39,680 nucleotides of DNA from Chiloscyllium plagiosum (taxonomy: Eukaryota). Made by a program: the position numbers and the translations under genes. Numbering within the stretch: position 1 is the first letter of the stretch; every line of letters begins with the position of its first letter. Below are positions 23,738 through 37,379 of the stretch, one piece after another. The stretch spans positions 13,499,327 through 13,539,006 of the forward strand of contig NC_057751.1 of assembly GCF_004010195.1 (NCBI RefSeq). Direction: 5' to 3'. The notes under the pieces were generated by a model, which was not told the origin of the DNA, ran no database searches, and worked only from the letters and a program-made list of their open reading frames with translations.

Positions 23738-24759
23738 ATGGAGCAATGGCTCCTGCATTCAGGCAAGCCAACATCTATTTATTGCTCATTTCTCCTTGAT
23801 CTTGGCAAGCTGATAATATACCTTCTTAACCAATGGTCTGATCATGTCCAACCGGGTGCCTTCTCAGTTACTCAGAGAGAAGTTTAGACAACTGAACACA
23901 TGTTCAGCAGCGAGAAACACTATGTCTTACATTTCAGCAGCTTACTACATAGTTCTTCTACCATTTCTTCAATTTTGTTCCTTCAATTTTACAACTCTTC
24001 AGTGCTTTCTACAGTTGTTTCAAGCTGTAAAAGAGAGTTTGGTGCGGCAGGTGCTTACAGCATTGTTGGTGATTTCACGTCTTCTACACCAATCACCTGC
24101 CCCAAGTATCGGTTCCCTGGTAGGCAATCCATGGAATGCAACATGATTCAGAGAATCAATAGAAGTCATGTGGGGAAGGACTGCCTGTTGGAAGAGGAAC
24201 AAGGAGACAGGCCCTGAGAAGGATTAATTATCCCCATAACAATGTTGAGGGAGCAATTGTCCTTCCTAAACCTCAGTGAAGACCAATGTGTAAGACGTCA
24301 GTGCTCCAGAGTATGAAGTAAATGTGTATTTACTTGTTAAGAAAATCTAAATCCTTAATTTGTACAAATGTTATTTAGTCAAATTTAGTTTGCAGTTGGC
24401 ATTAAATTGAAATGTGCAGTTAAAATTATGTTGGTACTAGCCTTGCATAGAATATTTTTCAGAAAGCCTACAGTGAAAGAGCAGATTAATTAAGAACCAG
24501 CTCAAACTAGATCATTATTAAGTGACTGAGTTAGTCCCTTTGCTGGGGAGGCTGATAAATTCAGCTAGCAAACTCATTTGAAGCTAGGATTTAGTCCATG
24601 CATTTGCTGGGTAAGGAAGTCTGAATCCTGAATCTGTAAAAACATAATGTAGCCGAATTTAGTTTGTAGCAACTTACAATAGAGTGTTAGAGTTGAGAAT
24701 CTCTAAATTTTTCTCTTTTACCTAAAAACAGCTTGTTAGGTATTGTTGGTTGCAGACAT

Positions 24760-26095
24760 GGCACCCCAGCTGGGGGAGGCACAAGTTATCTCAACACTTA
24801 AATCCAGGATGGAGGCACATCCCTCAGATTTCATAACTGGTTTGTGATCAGGTACCAGGTGCATATGACTGCAGGTGTGGTATTATGGGGTCCCAAAGGG
24901 TAGCTTTCAAAGAAGTTCAGTCCCTGCATTTGTACAACAGTTAAGAAGTTGTTGCAAGCTGCATGGATGACAGTGGGGACTACAGGGAGAATGAGCAAAT
25001 TGACCACAACCCTGTGGGGCAAAAAGCCATTCATTTAAGTGGGGGCAATCATGGTGATGGTAGGGGACAGTGTGATTAAGGTTTTAGATACTGCTCTGTC
25101 CAGCTGTGACCATGAGTCGTAAATGCTGTGTTGCCTGCCCAGGTTCAGGGTCATCTATTCCGGGTTGGAGAGAAACTTGGGAGTGGAGAGATCTAGTTGT
25201 CATTATCCACATTTGTACCAATGACATTGACAGGACTACCAAGAAGATTCTGCTGAAGGTGTTTGAAAAATTTGGGGCAAGATTTAAAAGCACAGCCTCC
25301 AAATTAATCTTGACATGACAATCAGAGCCACAGGCAAACTGGCAACAGTGTGAATAAAGCCAAGGAGTTACATGCATGGCTCAAAGATTGGTGTGGGAGG
25401 AATGACTTTCAGTTGATGGGGCAGTGGCACCAGTATTGGACTAGAAGGAAGCTGTTCTGGTGGTACGAGCTTCAGTTGAACAGTTTTGGAACCAATGTTC
25501 TAGAATCGAATAACTAAGGCAGTGGAGAGGACTTTCAACAACTTGGAGGTGGGTGGGTTCTGGAGAGGGGATATGTATGCTTCCAATGAAAATGATACAG
25601 CAACTATTTAGGTACTCACACCTTGAGTGGGACAGGAAGGGACAGCATGTGAAAACATTGAAAAAGCATCAAGTAGGGTCAAAGGGGAAAAATCGCAAAA
25701 AAAAGTTAATGGTGCTGTCCTTCGCTGCATTTAGAATGTGAAACAAGTAAATGAAGTAACAGTGCAAGTAGAGGTTCATGACCTTATAACCATTACAGAG
25801 ACACGGTTACACCAGATCAAAACTGGAAACTAAATATTCAGTGATACCATACTTTTTGAAAGATGATGCAGGAAGGAGACTATTGTGGGGTAGCTTTTTT
25901 AGTACTGAATAGGATAAGTACGATACCAAGAAATGATCTTGGATTGGATGAGCTGATACCAGAATAGATTTCGATTTCCAAAAAGCATTTGAACAAGGTA
26001 CTACACAAGGCTGAGGATGATATGAGTACAGATGGAAAATTGGTTAACTAATAGAAAACAAAGTGTATGGATAGGGAAGGCATTTTCTGAATAGC
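24760..26095 (+). mobile_element. Old CR1 LINE remnant: ORF1 with SGNH-esterase domain, ORF2 start and RT scraps
   Basis: MVGDSVI (about 25057), CCLP, IHICTNDI, ITITET; gatttccaaaaagcatttg. Confidence 0.75.
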
Positions 26096-26404
26096 TGTTA
26101 GGTTGTTTTTCTTGAGATTCTTGCACACTTGATGCAACTGCAATATGCCAACTTCTGTGAACAGCCAAAATGTATTAAACAAGTGCAAACTGTGGGGGAA
26201 CCCTTTACACTCTTCGCAAGACTTCCCTAATCTTGTACTCTTGTGCCTTTGAAATAAAGGCCAGAATTCATTTTGATTTTATGCATAAGAACCTCCAATT
26301 CCCTGCGTTGCAGCTTTCTGCAGTGTTTATCAATTTAAATAATATTCAATTCCTACCAAAGTGCATAACCTCACATTTTCCAAGTTATATACCATTACCT
26401 CAAA

Positions 26405-26455
26405 TAGTGAAAAAACATCTGAAAATGAACCTTCCAGCTCAGTGGGCAAACCTAA
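26405..26455 (+). mobile_element. Short family C PLE-terminal fragment
   Basis: gtgaaaaaacatctgaaaatgaaccttccagctcagtgggcaaacct resembles 23134-23180. Confidence 0.5.
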
Positions 26456-26502
26456 GTCCAGTTTTCATGCATCTGTTTTGAGCCAGGCTGGAATGGAGAT
26501 AT

Positions 26503-26620
26503 TGAGCTTTTGCCCGAAACGTCGATTTTCCTGCTCCTCGGATGCTGCCTGACCTGCTGTGCTTTTCCAGCACCACTCTAATCTTGACTCTAATCTCCAG
26601 CATCTGCAGTCCTCACCTTC
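26503..26620 (+). mobile_element. Single-arm PLE-terminal fragment, family A
   Basis: gcttttgcccgaaacgtcgattttcc...ctgcagtcctcacc. Confidence 0.85.
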
Positions 26621-27138
26621 ACCATATTTGCAACATCTTGTCAGTAGTTTACTATCGTTCTTGAGTAATGAGGTGACTCAGAGTCTCTACTCATTGAGAG
26701 CTAACAGCATTTCATTAAACCTTGCCAGAGACTATTAAGTGGATTGAACAGGCAGCTTTGCAACTGTTATAGACTTCCATGATACACAGTGCCACTGATT
26801 TAATGTATGTCACTCGCTGGACACTGTCTATCAATTCTGCTTGATACGAGAGTGGAGAGAAATGACATTTGCTCAAGAAATAACTGATGTATAACCAAAG
26901 GTGACGAATTGTACTAGGTAATGCCCATTATCTTCGTTAGTTATTCATTCTTCATTCTCCAACAATTCACTGTGCCAGCTACATTTGAGCCAACATAGAA
27001 ACTGAAGGATGGCTACAAGTTGACAAAGGTCAACCACTGATGACATATGTGCTGATACTGATGGAAAGCACAATGTTGTATTAAGAGGGATACAGCAGGG
27101 GTTTGACATGCTGAAATAATGCTTCCACTGCCTGGAGG

Positions 27139-27257
27139 AGGCGTCTTGTGGTGCAGTGGTAGTGTTCTCACTGCTTGACCAGAGAGACCTAGGTTCAGGT
27201 CCCACCTCTTCAAGAGGTGTGTAATAACATCTCTGAACAGGTGGATGAGGAAACATA
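27139..27257 (+). mobile_element. tRNA-derived SINE-like head
   Basis: A box tggtgcagtgg and B box ggttcaggtcc at tRNA-like spacing; no cloverleaf evident. Confidence 0.55.
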
Positions 27258-27999
27258 GGTTCAATAAAAAACCTCCATTGTCTGGACCATTCTGAAAGAG
27301 CCCAGAGGTACTCAATAAAACAGGCATCACAATTGCATAATCTTGATATCAAGGGAGAACAAACCATGCCACCATTTGATGAGAATAAGCATGAGGAGGA
27401 GAAAGTAAAAAGAAGAAGGGAGAAGATGAGGAACAGGCTCCTTTGGCCGGATTCTGAGTGAAGAACTCAACTGAGTGTAAGATCAGTAACTGAAACGCAA
27501 AATTCCTCTTTCATCAGTAATTCCCTTCTGAGTTTGCCTTTGAGCTATTACAACAACTGCTTGGCCACAATGTAAAACAAAAATAAACCACAAAATATTA
27601 TTTCCAAGACAGGTTGATAAGTGAATTCATAGTAAACGGAAGTAATCAACCATATACATCAAGTTGCCATGGACAGGAGCTGTCTGCTTTAGGTGATTGG
27701 CAGTGTGAGTTCTATTTTCTTGCTCACTGATATATATTTTGCTCTTCTGCTGATTTTCTTGAATATTACTAAAGGAAATTGCATAATTTCTTCCACTCAT
27801 GTGTAAATAGCATCCTAAGGTTATTGATTCACAGAATTCAAATCATGAGTGGAATTTTGTGCTATTCTGGAAATGGGAAGAAAGGTGACAGGAAAATTTA
27901 ATTGGGTGGGAAGCCAGATTTCAGAGTTTTGACAGGATGAGCTTTTGCAATTAAATTCACCGAATTTTAAAGGCAGGTCAATTTTCCTGCCATCAAGTG

Positions 28000-29411
28000 T
28001 TTAAGAAAGGTGGTAAGAAAAGGGCAGGGAACTATAGACCAGTGAGCCTGATCTCGGTGGTGGGCAAGTTGTTGGATGGAATCCTGAGGGACAGGATTTA
28101 CATGTATTTGGAAAGGCAAGGACTGATTAGCGATAGTTAGCATGGCTTTGTGCGTGGGAAATCAAGTCTCACAAACTGGATTGAGTTTTTTGAAGAAGTA
28201 ACAAAAATGAAGGCAGAGCAGTCGATGTGAGCTAAATGGACTTCAGTAAAGCATTCGACAAGGTTCCCTATAGGAGACTGATTAGCAAGGTTAGATCTCA
28301 TGGAATACAGGGAGAACTAGCCATTTGGATACAGAACTTCCTCAAAGTAGAAGACAGAGGGTGGTGGTGGAGGGTTGCTTTTCAAACTGGAGGCCTGTGA
28401 CCAGTGGAGTGCCACAAGGATCAGTGCTGGGTCCACTGCGTTTCATAATTTATATAAATGATTTGGATGTGAACATAGGAGGTATAGTTAGTAAGTTTTC
28501 AGATGACACTAAAATTGGAGGTGTAGTGGATAGCAAAGAAGGTTACCTCAGAGTACAATGGGATCTTGATCAGATGGGCCAATGGGTTGAGGAGTGGCAG
28601 ATGGCGTTTACTTTAGATAAATGTGAGGTGCTACATTTTGGAAAAGCAAATCAGAGCAAGACTTAAACACTTAATGGTCAGGTCCTGTGGAGTATTGCTG
28701 AACAAAGAGACCTTGGAGTGCAGGTTCATAGTTCCTTGAAAGTCGAGGCACAGATAGATAGGATAATGAAGAAGGCATTTGGTACACTTTCCTTTATTGG
28801 TCAGAGCATTGAGTATAGGGGATTGGAGGTCATGTTGTGGCTGTACAGGACATTGGTTCAGCCACTTTTGGAGTTCTGTGTGCAATTCTGGTCTCCTTCC
28901 TATCAGAGGGATGTTGTGAAACTTTACAGTGTTCAGAAAAGATTTACAAGAACGTTGCCTTGGTTGAAGGATTTGAACTGTATGGAGAGGATGAATAGGC
29001 TGGGGCTGTTTTCCCTGGAGCATCGGAGGCTGAGGAGTTACCTTATAGAGGTTTATAAAATCATGAGGGGCATGGATAGGATAAATAGACAGGGTCCTTT
29101 CCCTGGGGTGGGGAAGTCCAGAACAAGAGGGCATAGGTTTAGGGTGAGAGGGGAAAGATATAAAACAGACCTAAGGGACAACTTTTTCACGCAGAGGGTG
29201 GTGCATGCAATGAACTGCCAGAGGAAGTGGTGGACGCTGGTACAATTACAGCATTTAAAAGGCATCTGGATGGGTACATGAATAGGAAGGGTTTAGAGCG
29301 ATATGGGCCAAGTGCCGGCAAATGGGACTAGATTAGGTTTGGATAACTGGTCGGCATGGACGAGTTGGACCAAAGGGTCTGTTTCCATGCTGTTCATCTC
29401 TATGACTCTAT
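28000..29411 (+). mobile_element. 5'-truncated CR1 LINE with 3' tail
   Basis: [39 protein letters not shown]; tail ctctatgactctat. Confidence 0.95.
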
Positions 29412-29782
29412 CTCATTTTGCATGCTGATTAAAAGCCCAGCTCACTGGAATTAAGTTCCCCCAACTGAATATTATCAATGTGCAGCTCGACGTTGGAGTA
29501 AATATTCACTGCTTTGACGTCTTTAGGAAGCAGCTCAATGCCATGCAATGATTGAGGACTGGGTGGTGGTAATTTAAGTTGCATCTTGCAGAATGGTTGG
29601 ATTGTGACGGGCATGAGTAAAGGAAGCTGCCCAAGGATGGAAGTCTGTTTGGCTAAAGAAGCAGGCTGACCTGGAAAGGGAGACACAATGACCAGAAAAT
29701 CATGGAAGGTTCAGACAGTTGAGCTGCAGCTTCCATTGTATACAAAGATCAGCTGTCTGGATGTCTTCTAAATATATATGCT

Positions 29783-30716
29783 TTTCGTCATTTTTATAAA
29801 CGACCTGGATGAGGGTAGAAGGGTGGGTTAGTAAATTTGAAGACGACACTAAGGTCGGTGGAGTTGTGGATAGTGACGAAGCATGTTATAGGTTACAGAG
29901 AGACATAGATAAGCTGCAGAGCTGGGCTGAGAAGTGGCAAATGGAGTTTAATGCGGACAAGTGTGAGGTGATTCACTTTGGTTGGAGTAACCGGAATGCA
30001 AAGTACTGGGCTAATGGTAAGATTCTTGGTAGTGTAGATGAGCAGAGAGATCTCAGTGTCCATGTACAAAGATCCTTGAAAGTTGCCACCCATGTTGACA
30101 GGGTTGTTAAGAAGGCATACAGTTTTTTAGCTTTTATTAATAGAGGGATCGAGTTCCGGAAGCATGAGGTTATGCTGCAACTGTACAAAACTCTGGTGCG
30201 GCCGCACTTGGAGTATAGTGTACAGTTCTGGTCACCACATTATAAGAAGGATGTGGAAGCAAGGGTGCAGACGAGATTTACTAGGATGTTGCCTGGTATG
30301 GAGGGAAGGTCTTATGAGGGACTTGAGGCTGTTTTTGTTGGAGAGAAGAAGGTTGAGAGGTGACTTAATAGAGACATATAATATAATCAGAGGGTTAGAT
30401 AGGGTGGACAGGGAGAGCCTTTTTCCAAGTATGGTGATGGCGAGCACGAGGGGGCATTGCTTTAAATTGAGGGGTGATAGTTAGAGGACAGATGTCAGAG
30501 GTAGTTTCTTTACTCAGAGAGGAGTATGGGTATGGAATACTTTGCCTGCAATGGTAGTAGATTCGCCAACTTCAAGTACATTTAAGTCGTCTTTGGACAA
30601 GCATATGGACATACAGGGATCAGTGTAGGTTAGATGGGCTTCAGATTGGTATGACAAGTCGGCGCAACATCGAGGGCCGAAAGGCCTGTACTGCACTGTA
30701 ATATTATATGTTCTAT
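29783..30716 (+). mobile_element. 5'-truncated CR1 LINE, second subfamily
   Basis: FEDDTK, WQMEFNADKC, RPHLEYSVQFWSP; tail ggcctgtactgcactgtaat...gttctatg. Confidence 0.95.
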
Positions 30717-30906
30717 GAAACTTCCACCCCAGGAAGTTCTGGAGGGATCATGCACTTCCTGTCCATCACATCAACAAGATTCCATTAATTACTCACATAT
30801 CCACATATACAATGTAATGAGCTGAGAACCATGTGATCATGCAACAGAAGCCAAATACACCCAAGCAGAAGCGAAGTCCATTTTCATGTTTGACACTCTC
30901 AATAAA

Positions 30907-32670
30907 GTGTGGCACTGGAAAAAGCAAAGCAGGTCAGGCAGCATTTGAGAGCAAAAGAGTCAACATTTTGGGCATAACCCCTTCATCGTGACTGGGGAGG
31001 GAGAAGGGGGCTAAGAAATAAATGGGGGAAGTGGGGATGGGGCTGTAGATGTACAGTAGATGGGATGCCAATAGGTGGGTGCAGGTAGGCGGTGATTGTG
31101 CTAGGTCGGTGGGAAGTATGGAGCAGACAGGTGGAAAGAAAGAGGGACAGGTAGGTCAGGTCAAGAGGGCAGTGCCATGTTGGAGGGTTGAATCTGGGAT
31201 GGGGATGGGGAGTGGGGAGATTTGGAAACTGGTGAATTTAATGTTAAGGCTGTGTAGTTGGAGGCTCCCAAGGCGGAAGATGAAGTGTTCCTTCTCCAGT
31301 TTGCAGGTGGCCTTGTTTAGGTAGTGAAGGAAGACCAGAATGGGTGTGTCATCAGGGGAGTGACAGGGGGAGTTGAAATGGATGGCCACCAGAAGGTGGG
31401 GTTGGTTGGTGCGTATGGACCAGAGATGACCCTGAACAATTCCGTGAGTTTGCGCTCAGTCTCTCTGATGTCGAGGAGACCACATCCAGAGCAACAGATG
31501 CAGCAAATGAGGTTTGAGGACATGCAAGTAAACTCTGCCAGATTTGGAATGATCCTTTGGGGCCTTGGATGGAGATGAGGCAGGTTTTGCACCTCTTACA
31601 GCAGTAGGGGAAGGTGCCAGGTGTGGAGATGGGATTGGTGGGAATGTAGACCTAACGAGGGCTTCGCAGAGGCAACAGTCCCTATGGAGCGCAGATAGGG
31701 GAGGAAAATATATTTTTGATGGTGGGATCTGACTGCAGGGGTGAAAGAATGGTGGAGGATGATATGCTGGATTGGGAGATTAGTGGGATGGAATGTGAGG
31801 ACCGGGGGATTCTATCCTTGTTGTGGTTGAGGGCTTGGGGTTTGAGGGCAGGGAGTGCGGGAAATGTAGAAGATGCGATTAGGGCATTATTGATCACAGG
31901 GGAGGAGAAATTACGGTCTTGAAGTAGGAGGACACCTGGGGATGTCCAAAGTAGAATCGCTCATCCTGGGAGCAGATGCGGCAGAGGTGAAGGAATTAGG
32001 AGTAAGAGATCACGTTTTTACAAGAGGACCATGGGAGGAAATGTAGCCAAGGTAGCTGTGGAGTCAGTGGGTTTGAAATAGTTGTCAGTGTTGAATCAGT
32101 CACCGGGGATGAAGACAGAGAGGTCCAGGAAGGGGAGGGAGGTGTCAGAGATGGTCAAGGTGAATTTGAGGTCAGGGTGGAAGATGTTGGTGTAGTGGAT
32201 GAACTGTTCAAGCTCCTTGTGGGAGTGTGAGGGCAGCACTGATATAATCATCGATGTCACAGAGGAAAAGGTGGGGGATTGTGCCAGTGTAGCTGTGGAA
32301 GAGGGACTGTTCCACATATCCTACAAAGAGGCAGGCACAGCTGGGACCAATGCGGGTACCCATAGCCACCCCTCTGATTTGTAGGAAGTGGGAGGATTCA
32401 AAGGCGAAGTTATTTAACTTGAGTACCAGTTCCGCCAGTTGAATGAGAGTGTTGGTGGAGGGAGACTGGTTGGGTCAGAGGTGGAGGAGGAATTGGAGGG
32501 CTTTTTGGCCCTCTTCATGGGGATAAAGGTGTAGAAGGATTGGATGTCCACGGTGAAGATGTGGTGTTGGGGGTCAGAGATTTGGAAGTCATGGAGGAGG
32601 TGAAGAGCATGGGTGGTGTCTTGAACGTACGTGGCGTGTTCCTGGACCAAGGGGTACAGGAAAATGACAG
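30907..32670 (-). mobile_element. Decayed Penelope-like element (RT plus Cys-containing GIY-YIG endonuclease) ending in a family-A-related terminal repeat
   Basis: TYVQDTTH, FTVDIQSFYT, GVAMGTRIGP, LPFLDL, FTCMSSNLICCICC..CG, KEHFIFRLGSL; HHR remnant at 30957-30994. Confidence 0.9.
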
Positions 32671-32859
32671 AAGTGGCATTTACGATAATCTGCCCACCAA
32701 AGGTAATTTTGGGTTCCAGCAGGACCAATTGCTGTCAATGTTACTGTAATCATTGCCCAAACATGGGCTGAAAGTGACTCTTAACAGTAAAACAACATTT
32801 GCCTAAATAGGGCATGAAGGAAGCACAGATCAATTGCAGTCAATTGCAGTCAGGGAAAA

Positions 32860-33765
32860 TATTCTCCACCTAATACAAGGGAGGCATTTAACTCAACCCA
32901 AGGCATTGTTGTAGAATCTTTTCGTCCATCCACCTTCAGCTACTTCATCAACGATCTTCTGTCTATTATAAAACTAAAAGTGGGAGATTTACTGAACAGT
33001 GATCATTTCCATCACAACTCCTCAGGTAGTAATACACTGCATCCTCAGCTGCGACATACAAGACCTGGACAACATTTCGACGTAACTCCTCAGTGTCATG
33101 TGATGTTTGCCAGACACTTGTGTGGTACAATTAGAATCTCCAACAAGAGACAGGTAACAATCTCGCCTGACATTCATTGGCATTGCCACCATGAATATAT
33201 TACAATCAAAATCCTGAACTTCTTAATGACCAGAAACCTAAACCAGTATTCTGTGGCATGTGACTCAACCCCTGACTTCGCAAACTCGTTTTATCATTTG
33301 CAAGGCACAAATAAGACAAGTGAGTGAATACCATCCAGTAGCCTGGATGACTGCTGCTCCGACAACGCTCAAAGGCTCAACGCCATCAAGATCAATTATG
33401 GACTAACACCTCATCCACTGCATCAACATTGACTCCTGCCACCATTATCAGACTACAGGATGGGTTGCAAGTTGTAATTCTAAGATTGCAGTAACTCAGC
33501 AAGCATCTTTTAACAGTATCTCCAAAACTAGTGACTTTCACCATCTTGGAGCACAAGGGCATCAGGTGCATGAAAACACCACCACCTCCAAACTCCCCTT
33601 CACATCACACACCTTCCCAACTTGAAAATCAATACCCTGGAACTCCTGTTGGATTTGACTTTACCACAAGGATCGCAACTGTTCAACAGGTGCCTCACTG
33701 CAGCCTTCTCAAGGGCAGTTAGGAATGGACAATAAATGCGGGTCTTGTCAGTGATGATGAAATCT
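32860..33765 (+). mobile_element. Old CR1/L2-group LINE 3' portion
   Basis: ttcagctacttcatcaacgatctt (F..FINDL); tail ccttctcaagggcagttaggaatggacaataaatgc. Confidence 0.6.
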
Positions 33766-34496
33766 GTATTAAAATATTAGCAGTCTTTGTCAAAACTACC
33801 CAATAATTAAGTTTAATTTTCACAATTCAGACACAGTGTTTCGTTCCTGTATGCTGTTGCCCAGTCCCAAGCAAGCTGTCAATGCTTAGCATGGGTGTGA
33901 AGTCAGCCCACACTATGCAAATAAGGTTGGCTCTGCAGGATCAGGCATGGTCAGAACAGAACCAATCATGATAACACATCATCTGCTATGTCATGATAAT
34001 AAAATGACTCAGTTCTCGAAGAAATCCTTTTTTTGGATCAACTATACAGCAGGAGTACCTGCTGTATGTCAAGTTATGTCAAGGTACATTTCCTCCATTT
34101 ATTTTCCTTCAAAATGATCACTTGTTCCTTCAGAAAACATTGCTTTAATTAAATAAAAATAAATGCTGCAAGTGAAAGGTCCACCTTGCATGCTGCACAA
34201 TCCTTAACGGACAATCAGAAGTGAGTTGATTTAGATAATCTGAATAGCATTTTCTGGACTGAACTCCCTCATGTGCACCATTCCAGATTGAGAGCAGAGC
34301 CACTGACGTCTTCTGATTCCAGGTGTGTGCCTGTGTGCCAGCTGGAAAAAATGAACTTAAATAATTTTCCTTTTTATTGTCCCTGTTTTCTTTTCTGTGG
34401 GGTACCACTAAGCCTCTGCTTGGCACTTAAGCATGATGGCTAAGGTTAAAAAAACCACCATACTAGGATTCATAAAGGTGACTCTGTGTACACAAG

Positions 34497-36276
34497 TCAA
34501 AGAGTCATTGAGAGGTACAACTCATCCATGCCGACCAGATATCCAATCTAATCGAGTCCCATTTGCCACTACTTGGCCCATATCCCTCTAAACCGTTCTT
34601 CTATACCCATCCAGATGCATTTTAAATGTGGTAATTGTACTAGCCTCCACCACTTCTTCTGGCAGGTCATTCCATACATGTACTACCCGCTGTGTGAAAA
34701 ATTTGCCCCTTATGTACCTTTTATATCTTTCCCCTCTCACCCTAAACCTACGCCCTCTAGTTCTGGACTCCCCCACCCCAGGGAAAAGACTTTGCCTATT
34801 TATCCTATCCATACATCACTGTCTGCATGAAAATGTTGCCCTTAAGGACCTTTTTACATCTTTTCCCTCTTACCCTAAACCTATACCATCTAGTTCTGGA
34901 GTCAACCACCCCAGGGAAAAGACTTTGTCCATTTATCCTGTCCATGCCCCTCATGATTTAAAAAACCGCTGTCAGGTCACCCCTCAGCCTCTGACACTCC
35001 AGGCAAAACAGCTCCAGCCTATTCAGCCTATCTCTATAGCTCAAATCCTCCAACCCTGGCAACATCCTTGTCAATCTTTTCTGAACCCTTTCAAGTTTCA
35101 GAATGTCCGTCCGAAAGGAAGAAGACCAGAATTGCACACTATATGCCAAAATTGACATAACCAACATGACTTCCCAACTCCTATACTCAATTCTTTAACC
35201 AATAAAGGAAAGCATACCAAATGTCTTCTTCACTATCCTATTGACCTGCAACTCTACTTTCAAGGAACTGTGAACCTCCAAGGTCTCTTTGCTCCTGCTC
35301 TGATTTGCTTTTCCAAAATGCAGCACCTCACATTTATCTAAATTAAACTCCATCTGCCACTCCTCAGCCCATTGGCCCATCTGATCAAAATCCTGTTATA
35401 CTCTGACATAACCTTCTTCGCTGTCCACGACACCTCCAATTTTGGTGTCATCTGCAAACTTATTAACTATACCTCTTATGTTCACATCCAAATCATTTAT
35501 ATAAATGACGATAAGTAGCGGATCCAGCACTGATCCTTGTGGCACTCCACTGGTTACAGCCCTCCAGTCTGAAAAGCAACCCTTCACCACCACCTTCGAC
35601 CTTCGTGCCTTTTGCATTCAAATGGCTAGGTCTCCCTGTATTCTATGAGATCGAACCTTGCTAACCCGTCTCCCATGGGAAACCTTGTCGAACGCCTTAC
35701 TGAAGTCCATATAGATCACGTCCACCACTCCGCCCTCATTAATCCTCTTTGTTACTTCTTCAAAGAAATCAATCCAGTTTGTGAGACATGATTTCCCATG
35801 CACAAAGCCATGCTGACTTTTATGCATTTCAAGACATCCAGCACCACCTCCTCTGTAATATGGACATTTTTCAAGATGTCACGATCTATTTCCCCACATT
35901 CTGTATCTTCCATGTCCTTCTCCAAAGTAAACTGATGCAAAATACTTGTTTAGTATCTCCCCCATCTCCTGTGGATCCACACAAAGGCTACCTTGCTGAT
36001 CTATGAGGAGCCTCATTCTGTCTCAAGTGACCTTTTGTCCTTAGTGTATTTATAAAATCCTTTTGGATTCTCCTTAACCCTATTTGACAAAGTTATTTCA
36101 TGTCCTCTTTTTGCCCTCCTGATTTCCCTCTTAAGTATACTCCTACTGCCTTTATACTCTTCTAAGGATTCACTCGATCTCTCCTGTCTATAGCTGCCAT
36201 GTGCTTCCTTCTTTTTCTTAACCAAACTCTCAATTTCTCTTGTCATCCAGCATACCTACCAGCCTTTCCTTTCACC
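34497..36276 (-). mobile_element. Internally deleted CR1 LINE with a diverged internal duplication
   Basis: QHGFVHGKSCLTN, YMDFSKAFDKV, SGVPQGSVL, FADDTK; about 34691-34816 repeats at about 34824-34950. Confidence 0.93.
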
Positions 36277-37363
36277 AAGCCACAACTCAGTTGGTGGCAC
36301 CATCACATTTTTAAGAGTTTGTGGGAGCTTGTGTGAAATTACTGCTACATTTACATCAATTACCAAAGTTAAAATAATGTGTCACTTAATGCAATGCATT
36401 TTGCAATGACACGGAAGTCCTGAAGGACATCGTTTTCACTTCCATTCAAAGGCACAACGTTCTCGAAATTGTGCTGTGCAAAGTTGCTTCAAATCTATCA
36501 CAATTCAGCACTGAGATAAACCTTGCAATACAAATAGTGACATTTTAACATTTATGCTTTGAAGACAAGCATTAAATATTCCTGACCTACGGAAAACAGT
36601 AATCTGTTTTGCTAACAACTAAGCAAAGCTTCTATCCAGACATCAGGTTGTTTGGACCTCTTGCAGATAATTATGTCATTCAGTCTCAGAAAAGAAATCT
36701 TTCTGATTAACAAAGACCTGATTGATGGAAATTGATTTTCAGTCTCAGCATAAGATAAACTGGGAAAGCAGTAATTGGACACAAGACACACATCGATAAG
36801 TATTTTTTGGTATGTTCAATTTTATAATAATCCAGGCTTGAAATGCAGAAGGCAAATTGACCTATTAATGAGACCTCATTCTCTAAATAAATTCATTCCG
36901 ACACCAGTAGTCATTCTCTGCTATGCAGTATCCAACACAGGCTTTATTGTGGATTTCTCTCCAGCTATCGTTTCTTAAAGTGCCATCATTTTGAGAAGAC
37001 ATATTTTTACCGTCCAAATAAATAGCCATGCAGATATTCACTTTCCATTGCCATCAAAGAAGAGTGCATTTTATTCCCAGTAGAGTCAGGAGCTGAAATT
37101 TCAACATGGTATGCTCTGATGCAACAATGGCATACAGAGCACCTCCTCCTTCTCTGCTGTCACAGGTATGTTGCCCCCTTCTTGCTCCTTTAAATGTTCT
37201 CCCCTTCCTGTTCACTCTGACAGTTCTCACACATTTATGCTTTGGAGATAATAGTAACATTTTAACATTTATGCTTTGGAGACAAGCATTATACATCCCG
37301 ACTTCCGGAAAACAAGGGTCGTGACAATTTTCAAAGTGTTGAGATGGGGTCACAGTGGGGTCG

Positions 37364-37379
37364 AGTTTGGGAAACACTG
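37364..37379. mobile_element. hAT/Charlie-like terminal inverted repeat (right end only)
   Basis: agtttgggaaacactg is the reverse complement of CAGTGTTTCCCAAACT; preceded by gggtc repeats and followed by acctacat (central TA). Confidence 0.5.

Noticed and set aside
27139..27215. tRNA gene
   Set aside because: A/B boxes present but stems do not form a cloverleaf; treated as a SINE head, as at 38277.
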